A stretch of 42,689 nucleotides of DNA, taken from the NCBI GenBank assembly GCA_964465145.1, contig CAYXJR010000034.1, forward strand, positions 1 to 42,689, written 5' to 3'. Shown here one piece after another: positions 1 through 9,126 of the stretch. The stretch is from an uncultured Porphyromonadaceae bacterium (GTDB taxonomy: Bacteria; Bacteroidota; Bacteroidia; Bacteroidales; UBA12481). The stretch's first letter is position 1. Every line of letters starts with the position of its first letter. Below the pieces are notes generated by a model. It searched no databases, was not told where the DNA came from, and saw only the letters and a program-made list of their open reading frames with translations. The translations under genes and the position numbers were made by a program.

Positions 1-825
1 GCGTTGAACTTCGGAAATTGTTTCAGGGCCAGTGCTGAAATTTTCAGCAATATAGCCGTCATGGTGAGTTTCCCACCGGCTTTTTCCACGGCTGCCTTCC
101 CCATTTTCCTGAATTTCTCCACCTCAGTTATATCAGCTTTGTCGAACTGAACAACCTGTGGAATGGTCTGCCAGGAATTCACGGTACTCTCGGCTGTGAT
201 CTGGCGTATCCTGCTCATAGGCTGTAATTCAATCTCACCCCACTGGGAAAAATCGGGGATCTCGGCGTATTCCATTTGAATCTTGGAAGTGCTGCCATGG
301 ATGGCTTGTTTAGCAAAAGTCTTCACATCCTCGTCTGATATCCTGCCGCCGGGGCCTGTTCCCTTCACCCTGGCAATATCCAAACCTAATTCCCTGGCAA
401 AACGCCTCACAGAAGGAGATGCAGGAACAGAGAAGGTGGATGCCGGGGTAGTTTCAACGGCAGCCGCCGGGATAACAGGTTGTGCGGTTACTATTTTTTC
501 AGCTGGAGGAGTTTCAGGTTTTACTGATATTGGAGCATCGGATGTTTTCACCGCTTCAACTTCCGGAACCGTATCACTTTCGGTACTCTCGGATTCAACC
601 ACCAGAATGGTTTGACCCACACGTATCTCATCTCCGGTGTTGACTTTGATATCAATAATTTTTCCTCCAAATGGCGAGGGTATATCTGTGCTTGCTTTGT
701 CGGTTTCTACCTCTATTATGGATTGATCTTCTTCTATTATATCCCCAACCGACACGAGGATCCGGGCCAGGTATCCTGAATCAACATTATCTGCTATTTC
801 AGGTAGTACAATGTTTTTTTTCATC
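1..825 (-). CDS. aceF: Dihydrolipoyllysine-residue acetyltransferase (pyruvate dehydrogenase E2), N-terminal part; continues beyond the window start
   Basis: Minus-strand ORF starting ATG at 825 (MKKNIVLPEIADNVDSGYLARILVSVGDIIEEDQSIIEVETDKAST...). This has the lipoyl-domain DKA motif. An Ala/Pro/Gly-rich linker follows; its reverse complement is the spurious + ORF 283..615. It lies immediately downstream of aceE on the same strand. Confidence 0.8.
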
Positions 826-842
826 TCAATAAGAATTATCGC

Positions 843-3503
843 TTAAACAGCGGCGGGGTTGTTTTTTCCGGATCTTATCTTAAGTTTTTCCTTAGCCTTC
901 GATAACAGATCAGCACTTAGTTTACCCTTACCGTGAAGTTGAACCAGGCTTGACCATACGATATGCCTGGCATCTACCTCAAAATGGTCACGGAGTTCTG
1001 TTCGGCCTTCGCTAAGGCCAAAACCGTCAGTTCCGAGCACAGTGAAATCGCCAGGGATAAATTTAGCAATTGAAAGCGGGAGAGCTTTTACATAATCGCT
1101 AGCGGCAACAAACAATCCAGGTTCTTTTCCAAGAAGGAATCCAAGGTGGCTGGTTTCCTTTTTGCCGGGATTCAGGTTGTTATGGCGATCCACATCCCGG
1201 GCATCGTCATAAAGGGCTTTATAGCTGGTCACGCTCCATATATGAGGGCTTATGCCATATTCCTTTTCCAGAATATCTGCGGCCAGTATAACCTGGTTCA
1301 GAATGGCTCCGCTGCCCATAAGGTTTACGTTAAACTGATTAGTCTCAGAATGTTTATACTGATACATCCCCTTGAGGATATGTTCTTTGGTGCAGGGAGG
1401 CTTGGCTGGCATGTGATATTTTTCATTCATCACGGTGATATAATAGATCACATCTTTGGCCTCCACATACATATCTTTGATCCCTTCCTCCACTATGATT
1501 GACAACTCATAGGCGAATGCGGGATCATAGGCTCTAACGGAGGGATAAGTCATAGCAAGCAGGTGGCTGTTCCCATCCTGGTGCTGTAAACCTTCCCCTG
1601 CCAGGGTTGTACGGCCGGATGTTCCACCAATCAAAAATCCACGGGCCCTGACATCAGCTGCTGCCCAGATCAGATCACCCACACGCTGGAATCCGAACAT
1701 GGAATAGAATATAAAGAAGGGAATGTTATTTACCCCATGTGTAGCATGACTGGTACCGGCGGCGATGAAAGAGGACATTGATCCTGCTTCGCTGATTCCC
1801 TCTTCCAGTATGGCCCCATCTTTTGCCTCCTTATAGTACATAAGGCTATCGCGGTCGACAGGTTCATAAAGCTGGCCGGTGTGGGCATAGATTCCTACCT
1901 GGCGGAAGAGTGAATCCATGCCAAATGTTCTTGATTCATCGGGTACTATTGGAACGACAAGCTTGCCTATATTTTTGTCTTTCAGTAGTTTGGAGAGAAG
2001 CTGTACCATCACCATTGTGGTAGCTACTTCCTTACCGCCAGAATCTTTGGAATACTCTTCAAAGATGGAATGATCAGGCATGGCGAAACGGATTTTCTCC
2101 GATACCCTCTTAGGCAGGAAGCCACCGAGTTTCTCCCGTCGTTCCATAAGATACTTCATTTCTGCACTGTCAGGATCCGGCTTGTAGAAAGGAGCTTCCC
2201 CGATGTCTTCATCTGAGATAGGAATGCCGAAGCGACCGCGGAAATATTTCAATTCCTCTTCATTAAGCTTCTTCTGAGAATGGGTAATATTCCTCCCTTC
2301 ACCTGCTTCTCCCAGTCCATAGCCTTTGATTGTTGAGGCAAGAATAACGGTAGGGGCGCCTTTATGATTCACAGCAGCTTTGAAAGCATTATAAATTTTG
2401 AGAGGATCATGGCCGCCACGACGAAGTTTTTGAAGTTGTTCATCCGAATAGTGTTCCACCATTTTCAGCGTCTGCTCATATTTCCCGAAGAAATCCTGGC
2501 GGATAAAATCTCCAGAGGATATAACATATCTCTGGCGGTGGCCATCCACAATTTCACCATGCCTTTTGGCCAGTATTCCATCAGTATCTTTCTCAAATAA
2601 GGGATCCCAGTCTTGGCCATGAAGAACTTTTATCACATTCCAGCCAGCGCCGTGAAAGGCAGATTCAAGTTCCTGCACTATTGATCCGTTTCCTCTTACC
2701 GGGCCGTCCAATCGTTGAAGGTTGCAGTTAACCACAAAAATCAGGTTATCAAGTTCCTCACGCGAAGCAAGGGTTAATGCACCCATGGATTCAGGTTCAT
2801 CCATTTCTCCGTCGCCGAGGAAAGCCCATATCTTTTGGTTTGATTCACTGATCAGCCCCTTATCTTCCATGTATCGGTTGAAGCGTGCCTGGTAGATAGC
2901 CATAATGGGTCCCAGCCCCATGGAAACGGTTGGAAACTGCCAGTAATCCGACATTGATCTGGGGTGGGGATAGGATGAAAGTCCCCCGCCGGGGTTCAGT
3001 TCCCTGCGGAAATTCTTCAGGTCTTTTTCAGTCAAACGCCCTTCAAGGAACGACCGGGCATATATCCCAGGAGATGCATGACCCTGGAAATATACAATAT
3101 CAGGAGGCAGGCCGTTTTCACCACCACGGAAGAAGTGGTTGAAGCCCACCTCGTAAAGAGCAGCACTTGATGCAAAGGTGGAAATGTGTCCGCCGATACC
3201 ATCCTCTACCTTATTAGCCCTTACTACCATTGCCATAGCATTCCATCGAATAATACTTTTTATTTTTCTTTCCAGTTCACGGCTTCCCGGATATGGGGAT
3301 TCCTTGCTTGCAGGAATTGTATTAAGATAGGGGGTATTGCCCTGGTAGGTGAATGCTATTCCCTGTACATGGGATCTGGTTTGAAGAAGAAGCAATATCT
3401 CCCTTGCCCGTTCAGGGCCTTCATTTTCAATAATATAATCCAGGGATTCAATCCATTCTTTGTTCTCAATCTCGTGGATTTTTAATAGTTCCTCGTTATT
3501 CAT
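843..3503 (-). CDS. aceE: Pyruvate dehydrogenase E1 component, homodimeric type (886 aa)
   Basis: 886-aa ORF with the typical E1 length and architecture (transketolase-like TPP enzyme). It sits upstream of the E2 gene on the same strand. Confidence 0.9.
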   Translation of the reverse strand: MNNEELLKIHEIENKEWIESLDYIIENEGPERAREILLLLQTRSHVQGIAFTYQGNTPYLNTIPASKESPYPGSRELERKIKSIIRWNAMAMVVRANKVEDGIGGHISTFASSAALYEVGFNHFFRGGENGLPPDIVYFQGHASPGIYARSFLEGRLTEKDLKNFRRELNPGGGLSSYPHPRSMSDYWQFPTVSMGLGPIMAIYQARFNRYMEDKGLISESNQKIWAFLGDGEMDEPESMGALTLASREELDNLIFVVNCNLQRLDGPVRGNGSIVQELESAFHGAGWNVIKVLHGQDWDPLFEKDTDGILAKRHGEIVDGHRQRYVISSGDFIRQDFFGKYEQTLKMVEHYSDEQLQKLRRGGHDPLKIYNAFKAAVNHKGAPTVILASTIKGYGLGEAGEGRNITHSQKKLNEEELKYFRGRFGIPISDEDIGEAPFYKPDPDSAEMKYLMERREKLGGFLPKRVSEKIRFAMPDHSIFEEYSKDSGGKEVATTMVMVQLLSKLLKDKNIGKLVVPIVPDESRTFGMDSLFRQVGIYAHTGQLYEPVDRDSLMYYKEAKDGAILEEGISEAGSMSSFIAAGTSHATHGVNNIPFFIFYSMFGFQRVGDLIWAAADVRARGFLIGGTSGRTTLAGEGLQHQDGNSHLLAMTYPSVRAYDPAFAYELSIIVEEGIKDMYVEAKDVIYYITVMNEKYHMPAKPPCTKEHILKGMYQYKHSETNQFNVNLMGSGAILNQVILAADILEKEYGISPHIWSVTSYKALYDDARDVDRHNNLNPGKKETSHLGFLLGKEPGLFVAASDYVKALPLSIAKFIPGDFTVLGTDGFGLSEGRTELRDHFEVDARHIVWSSLVQLHGKGKLSADLLSKAKEKLKIRSGKNNPAAV

Positions 3504-3581
3504 ATTCTTTTAACCGGTTTTTTACAATAGTGTGCGCATAAGATATACACTCAAGTCAGCAGAAGGTTCCCGATTATCATG

Positions 3582-4964
3582 CTATTTCCCTCCGATTTGC
3601 ATCTCAGCAACCCGGAAGCTAGGTGCTGTAAATGATTTATTCATGTCGAGATCATTGCCCATCCTGTCGATAGCCATCAGGATATCGCTGGCGCTGCCTG
3701 CAATGGTGAGTCCTTTTACCGGGTGAACCACCTTTCCATTCTCTATCCACAGCCCGCTGGCACCACCGCTGAAATTTCCGTTTACCGGATTGATCCCGTA
3801 TCCTGTAACATCCTTTAGTAAAATTCCCCGCTTTGTATCCCCGATAATTTTTTCCGGGGTATCATTACCCGCCTTAACATAAATGTTGTGAGTTCCTATA
3901 CCTGGAAGGCTGGCAAATCCACCACGTGAAGCATTACCTGTACTTTCCACTCCTGCTCTTTTGGCTGCTATAGTGTTGTAAATAAAGCTTTTCAGTACAC
4001 CCTTTTCAACCAGAATTCGTTTTTGTGTAGGAACACCCTCACCATCAAAAGGCGCACTACCCATACCTTTGGGCCTTGTACCATCATCGATTATTGTCAG
4101 CAGCTCGGAAGCAAATTGCTGATCCAGTGAATTTTTCAGGAAGCTGGCTCCCTGGCTTACCCTTTCACCGTTAATAGCACCCAGGATTCCCCCTATCATT
4201 GAACCTGCTACGGATGGATCGAAGATTACGCTTGCCCGCTGGGTTGATACCATCACCGGATCAATCAATTCTTTTGCCTTAGCAGCTGCACTGTCTGCAA
4301 TTTTCCTGATTGGATCCAGGTCGGCAAAAAACCGCCGTGTACAATACTCCTCTCCGGTGTTTTTCTGTTCACCTTTTTCTGCTACCACACTCACGCCGAT
4401 GGAGCATCCGCATGATCTGTAATTGTTCGAAATGCCATTGGAATTGGCAACAAACACCTCGTAATCACCCTCCCCAAAACTAGCTCCGGAACTTTTTGTG
4501 ATAAGGGAATCCTCTAAAGCCATTTTTTCAAGCTCAAGGGCCATTTGGATCTTATCTTCCATAGAAACCGAGGCAATTTTAGGGTCGTACAAGCCATCAA
4601 CAGGTGTAAAACCCTGGTTGGCTGGCAGGAGGTTATTCTCATCGGCTGTTGTGAGTTTGGCGAATTGAATAGCTTGTTTAAGAGTGTTTTTCAATGACGT
4701 GCCGGTCAGGTCATTACAATGACTAAATCCCATCCTGCCATTTACGAGCACCCTGAATCCCACACCGGCGGAAGAGGCTTCCTCGATGGTTTCTATTTCC
4801 CCGTTAAGTACGTTTATGGATAAGTCGCGGCTGGTTTCAAAATAAACCTCTGCTGCACTTGCTCCCTGCTTCAGACATTGCTGAACAAGTTTTTCGGATA
4901 ATTTTTTATAGTTCATGATGTTTTGTTCTAGATAGTTCGAATCAGGCTTTACTTCCTCCCACAT
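3582..4964 (-). CDS. TldD/PmbA family metallopeptidase, PmbA/TldE-like (no HExxxH)
   Basis: 460-aa ORF with the TldD/PmbA-family C-terminal region (GGxSGG.., NGNFSGGASGLWIENGK). It overlaps the upstream TldD gene by 23 nt, which is the usual paired arrangement. Confidence 0.8.
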   Translation of the reverse strand: MWEEVKPDSNYLEQNIMNYKKLSEKLVQQCLKQGASAAEVYFETSRDLSINVLNGEIETIEEASSAGVGFRVLVNGRMGFSHCNDLTGTSLKNTLKQAIQFAKLTTADENNLLPANQGFTPVDGLYDPKIASVSMEDKIQMALELEKMALEDSLITKSSGASFGEGDYEVFVANSNGISNNYRSCGCSIGVSVVAEKGEQKNTGEEYCTRRFFADLDPIRKIADSAAAKAKELIDPVMVSTQRASVIFDPSVAGSMIGGILGAINGERVSQGASFLKNSLDQQFASELLTIIDDGTRPKGMGSAPFDGEGVPTQKRILVEKGVLKSFIYNTIAAKRAGVESTGNASRGGFASLPGIGTHNIYVKAGNDTPEKIIGDTKRGILLKDVTGYGINPVNGNFSGGASGLWIENGKVVHPVKGLTIAGSASDILMAIDRMGNDLDMNKSFTAPSFRVAEMQIGGK

Positions 4965-6477
4965 TTATTCCGCTTATTCTCACAGTGGGCTGCCCGGCAG
5001 ATACCTCGGCAGCTTGCCCTTTTCCACATATACCCGGGCCAAAATCCAGGTCATTCCCTACAGCATCGATATTTGAGATCACCTCCAGGCATGATCCGAT
5101 CAGGGTAGCACCCCTGATTGGCCTGGTTTTTCTACCATTTTCTATCAGGTAGGCTTCGCGGCATGTGAAGTTGAATACCCCGGTGACCGGGTTCACACTT
5201 CCACCACTGAGGCTTTGCACGTAAATGCCCTTTTTGGTGGATGCGAGAATGTCAGCAGGATCACTCTCCCCCTTGTCGATAAAGGTGTTGGTCATCCTGG
5301 GAATAGGCAGGTAGCGGAATGATTCACGCCGCCCGTTGCCTGTCCGTTCCATGTTCAGCTGCTTAGAGCTCAGGATATCAGTCATATAGCCTTTAAGTAC
5401 ACCTTTTTCAATCAGTACATTTCTTTTTGCCTGGGTACCCTCATCATCAAAATTAATAGTGCCCCTGAAGTTTGGCAGGCTCCCGTCGTCAACCATGGTG
5501 AAGCAATCGCTGGCAACTTTTTGCCCCAGTTTACCGGTAAAGGCACCTATGTCTTTTGCAATATTGTCGGCCTCCAGCGGGTGTCCTACAGCCTCATGAA
5601 CCAGCACCCCGCCCCAGCCGTTCTGCATCACTACATCCATAATTCCTGCCGGAGCTTCCTCAGCATCCAGCATGGCGATGGCCTCCCTGGCAGCCCTCCG
5701 GGCCACCTCTTCAGGACTGACCATATCGAACATCTCAAATCCTGAATGCTTGCTCAGCCTCTCGCGCGACATATGCCTGGCATTCCCATCATCGCTCATG
5801 GTCTCTACAATGAAGAATAGGAGTGGAAGCTCATCCGTCAGATATACCCCTTCAGAATTGGCGATCACCCGTCCACGTACCTCATCGTAATAGTTCACCA
5901 TGGCCATCTTTATGCGGGGATCATAATCCATGGCCGCCTGGTCAGCCCTTTTCATAACCTCAATACGCTTTTCATCTGCAATCTCCAGGAGGGGCATCTT
6001 AACAGTGACGAAAGATTCGCGTTTTGCCGGGCTGATGTCGACAGGCTCGGTAATTGTACCGTTTTTGGCAACGTAAGAAGCCACTTCGGCTGCCCTCATT
6101 AACTTTTCTTCAGTAATTTCATCGGTATAGGCATACCCGGTTTTATTGCCCGATATCACCCTGACACCTGCTCCCTGGCTTATTCCATAGAGCCCGCTTT
6201 TGAATTTCGATTCCTCCATCACGATCTGCCTTGAAACACGGTTTTCCAGATATACGTCGGCAAAATCCCCTCCATTTTTCAATGCCCTGGCTATTACCTT
6301 ATTTAATATCGATTTGTCCATATTCAGTTTTGAAGCTGAAACGGCGGGATCCATAGAGCAGGATACAAGATTAGATAAGATAGCAGGGGTGGCGGCAATC
6401 ATCAGCCCACCCTTAAAGCTAAGCTCAAGGAATTTCCTGCGCGGCATATCCCTTACGCTGAATTTTTCGGTATTCAT
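4942..6477 (-). CDS. tldD: TldD-like metallopeptidase with Tat signal
   Basis: 511-aa ORF containing a HEAVGH zinc motif. The N-terminus (RRKFLELSFKGGLMIAATPA) looks like a twin-arginine signal. Confidence 0.85.
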   Translation of the reverse strand: MNTEKFSVRDMPRRKFLELSFKGGLMIAATPAILSNLVSCSMDPAVSASKLNMDKSILNKVIARALKNGGDFADVYLENRVSRQIVMEESKFKSGLYGISQGAGVRVISGNKTGYAYTDEITEEKLMRAAEVASYVAKNGTITEPVDISPAKRESFVTVKMPLLEIADEKRIEVMKRADQAAMDYDPRIKMAMVNYYDEVRGRVIANSEGVYLTDELPLLFFIVETMSDDGNARHMSRERLSKHSGFEMFDMVSPEEVARRAAREAIAMLDAEEAPAGIMDVVMQNGWGGVLVHEAVGHPLEADNIAKDIGAFTGKLGQKVASDCFTMVDDGSLPNFRGTINFDDEGTQAKRNVLIEKGVLKGYMTDILSSKQLNMERTGNGRRESFRYLPIPRMTNTFIDKGESDPADILASTKKGIYVQSLSGGSVNPVTGVFNFTCREAYLIENGRKTRPIRGATLIGSCLEVISNIDAVGNDLDFGPGICGKGQAAEVSAGQPTVRISGINVGGSKA

Positions 6478-6499
6478 GTTAATAGGTTTTTGATTCAGG

Positions 6500-6830
6500 A
6501 TTAAGCTGTTAAGGTAGGAAAAAAAGATGAATCATGTTGCATGTTGCAGGTTGCAGGTTGCAAGGCATTGATAAACACTTCTTGAATGATATGGAAAACT
6601 TCGTAGAGACGCATACTTGCGTCTTGAGGTTTCAGGCTTGAGGATAAGTATAAGTAATTAGTAATAAGGTTATATGTAATTTATAAGAGGGATCTCCACC
6701 CTGCTCTGAGATACCAGATAACAGATTTTTTTAGGTCTTCCGTCTTAGTTCTTGTATCTTGTATCTTCTTTTACTCCCTGCTCCCCGTTACCTGTTCCCC
6801 GTTACCTGTTCCCTTCTTACTCCCCCGGTA
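6500..6830. repeat. Mosaic heptanucleotide-periodic repeat tract (ATGTTGC/AGGTTGC, CTTGAGG, ATAAGTA, TCTTGTA, CCCCGTT/ACCTGTT)
   Basis: Direct reading: catgttgcatgttgcaggttgcaggttgcaagg ... tcttccgtcttagttcttgtatcttgtatcttc ... ccccgttacctgttccccgttacctgttccc. A 7-nt phase is maintained across the motifs. Confidence 0.8.
6607..6624. other. Hairpin motif AGACGCA-TACT-TGCGTCT (7-bp stem, 4-nt loop)
   Basis: Perfect inverted repeat seen directly. A near-identical motif GGACGCA-TAAT-TGCGTCC occurs at 42219..42236. Confidence 0.6.
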
Positions 6831-7949
6831 TAACTCGTACTTATTAAACCTGCATTCCAGGGCGCCGTTGAATACTTTTATCTTTCTCGAGGTTCTAAGC
6901 CCGATGAATTTCAGGGCTTCCATATTTGAGCTGATAATCCAGGCATCCCATCCCTCAAAATTGTGCTTCAGATGAGTTCCAATTTTTTCATACAGGGCAT
7001 TGACATTGCTTTTTTCTTCCAGCCGTTCCCCATAGGGAGGATTTATCATTATCAGTCCTTCCGGATCTTTCGATTTGGAATCAAATAAATCCTCACTTTT
7101 CAAAGAGATAATATTACCCAGTCCGGCACGACGGGCATTTCGCATTGCACTATCCAGGGGTTTTGAATCGTTGTCCCGGCCAAGAATTTTACATTCAGGG
7201 GTAATAATCTGGGATTCAGCCTGTTCTTTCAGGTTTTTCCACAGGGTCTGATCATAATCATTCCAGGATTCGAAACCAAAAGTGCGCAATCTGCCCGGGG
7301 CGTATTTCCCAGCTATCATGGCTGCTTCTATAGGGATGGTTCCTGATCCGCACATAGGATCCAGGAATAATGTTTTCTGATCCCAACCGGAAAGACTGAT
7401 CATCCCGGCTGCCAGCACCTCGTTAATGGGTGCGTGGACCTGATCAAGCCTATAGCCTCTTTTGCTGAGAGGCAGCCCGGAGCTGTCTAAAGAAATGGTG
7501 CAACGGGTATCTGCAATATGTACATTGATTTGCACATCGGGCCGGATAACATCTACGGAGGGCCTGATTCCGAATTGCTCCCGGAACTTGTCGGCAATGG
7601 CATCCTTCGCTTTTAAGGCCACATATTTGGAGTGGCGGAAAACATCACCATTGCAAACGGCATCTATGGCAAACGACTGTTTGAAGGTGAAATAATCATT
7701 CCAGGGTATCTTTTTTACCTTTTCGTAGAGCTGAACATCGTTTCTTGCATTGAAAACCGCAATGGGCTTAAGGACCTTGAGTGCAGTCCGCAGATGCAGA
7801 TTACTTTTATACAGCAGATCCTGATCGCCAAGATATTTTACTGCCCTGTTAATGATTTGTATATCAGTAGCACCCAGGGCTGATAGCTCTTTTGCCAGGA
7901 TTTCTTCCAACCCAAAAAGGGTGGTGGCGACCATTTCAAAGTTGTTCAA
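6771..7949 (-). CDS. THUMP-domain class I SAM-dependent RNA methyltransferase (RlmL/N6-m2G-type)
   Basis: 392 aa with DPMCGSGTIPIEAAM (SAM-binding site) and an NPPYGERL catalytic motif. There is an N-terminal THUMP-like region. The last ~15 codons are encoded by the heptamer repeat (CCCCGTT/ACCTGTT). Confidence 0.8.
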   Translation of the reverse strand: MNNFEMVATTLFGLEEILAKELSALGATDIQIINRAVKYLGDQDLLYKSNLHLRTALKVLKPIAVFNARNDVQLYEKVKKIPWNDYFTFKQSFAIDAVCNGDVFRHSKYVALKAKDAIADKFREQFGIRPSVDVIRPDVQINVHIADTRCTISLDSSGLPLSKRGYRLDQVHAPINEVLAAGMISLSGWDQKTLFLDPMCGSGTIPIEAAMIAGKYAPGRLRTFGFESWNDYDQTLWKNLKEQAESQIITPECKILGRDNDSKPLDSAMRNARRAGLGNIISLKSEDLFDSKSKDPEGLIMINPPYGERLEEKSNVNALYEKIGTHLKHNFEGWDAWIISSNMEALKFIGLRTSRKIKVFNGALECRFNKYELYRGSKKGTGNGEQVTGSRE

Positions 7950-8061
7950 AATACTCCTTTTTTTATGCTCTAAAGGTAATGAATTGAGCTCAACAACATT
8001 GCACCCCTTGGTTGTTGAATTTTTAGTATATTAGGTATTACAATCAAACCCGAAAAATACC

Positions 8062-9126
8062 ATGTTTTACAATTCCCACATTCACACATTTATGGATATT
8101 GATGTGCCGCGAAAATTCTTACCCCTTTCCCTGGTGAGAATACTGGCTACAAAGGCTGGAACAGCTGTGATCGCTAAAGTCCTTAACATGATCAATCCCT
8201 TCACCGACAATGACCTTTTCAACCGTTATGTGAATTTTTTTAAGGCTGGAAAGCTGGGCTCCCAGGAGGAGATTTTCAAACAATGCCAGAAATTTTATCC
8301 CCGCGATTCCCGTTTTGTTATACTCCCGATGGATATGGCTTATATGAGGGCAGGGGAGGTTCCCAGGCAGTATAATGATCAGCTTAATGAACTGGCAGGC
8401 CTGGCAAGAAAAATACCTGAAATTATCCCTTTCATGCATATTGATCCCCGTCGGCCCGGAGTCCTGGATTTATTAAAAGAGAATGTGGAGGAGAATGGAT
8501 TCAAAGGGATAAAGCTCTATCCGCCCCTCGGATATTTCCCATATGATAAGTATTTATACCCGGTATATGAATATTGCCAGGCACACAACCTGCCGGTTAT
8601 TTCCCACTGCAGCCCCATTAACCTGGTCCATTACAGGGGCAGCAGAAAAGAGGTGGCCGCCCTGTTGTCCAAATCACTAAAACCGATCGATATCCAGGGG
8701 AAATCAAAAAAAGAGCTCTTCGCCTGTTTTGCACATCCTTCCAATTATGAACCGCTGTTGCAGGATTTTCCAGACCTCAGGATATGCGTTGCCCATTTCG
8801 GCTCCGGACATTACTGGGATAAGTTCCTTTCTGATCCGGAAGACGAGGACAACTGGTTTTCCATCATCAAGGGAATGATAGAGAAATATAAGAATTTCTA
8901 TACCGATATCTCTTTTACCCTCAACAACAGGGAATATTTTTCTCTGCTGAAAGTATTGATGTATGATGATAAAATCAACCGTAAAATCCTCTTTGGTTCA
9001 GATTATTACATGGTTGAAACAAAAGCAGATGAACGCCGCTTTGGGATTGACCTCAGGGCTTTTCTGGGAAATGAATATTTTAAACTGATCTCAGTAGAAA
9101 ACCCAAAGCGTTTCCTCGGAGTTTAA
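8062..9126 (+). CDS. Amidohydrolase-family (TIM-barrel metal-dependent hydrolase) protein
   Basis: 354 aa. It has HxH-like N-terminal His residues (MFYNSHIHTF) and a C-terminal FGSDY motif typical of the amidohydrolase 2 family. Its stop overlaps the convergent downstream gene by 4 nt (TTAA). Confidence 0.65.
   Translation: MFYNSHIHTFMDIDVPRKFLPLSLVRILATKAGTAVIAKVLNMINPFTDNDLFNRYVNFFKAGKLGSQEEIFKQCQKFYPRDSRFVILPMDMAYMRAGEVPRQYNDQLNELAGLARKIPEIIPFMHIDPRRPGVLDLLKENVEENGFKGIKLYPPLGYFPYDKYLYPVYEYCQAHNLPVISHCSPINLVHYRGSRKEVAALLSKSLKPIDIQGKSKKELFACFAHPSNYEPLLQDFPDLRICVAHFGSGHYWDKFLSDPEDEDNWFSIIKGMIEKYKNFYTDISFTLNNREYFSLLKVLMYDDKINRKILFGSDYYMVETKADERRFGIDLRAFLGNEYFKLISVENPKRFLGV

Noticed and set aside
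283-615. 110-aa + strand ORF rich in Ala/Gly/Thr/Ser.
   Set aside because: It is antisense to the Ala/Pro-rich inter-domain linker of the E2 (aceF) gene, so it is a spurious mirror ORF.
1146-3485. Several + strand ORFs (1146..1502, 2364..2600, 2930..3142, 3186..3485).
   Set aside because: They lie entirely inside the well-supported minus-strand aceE gene. They have no recognisable motifs and are treated as antisense artefacts.
9123-9126. Four-nucleotide convergent overlap (TTAA) of the amidohydrolase and GH109-like gene stops.
   Set aside because: This is a trivial shared-stop palindrome with no functional implication.
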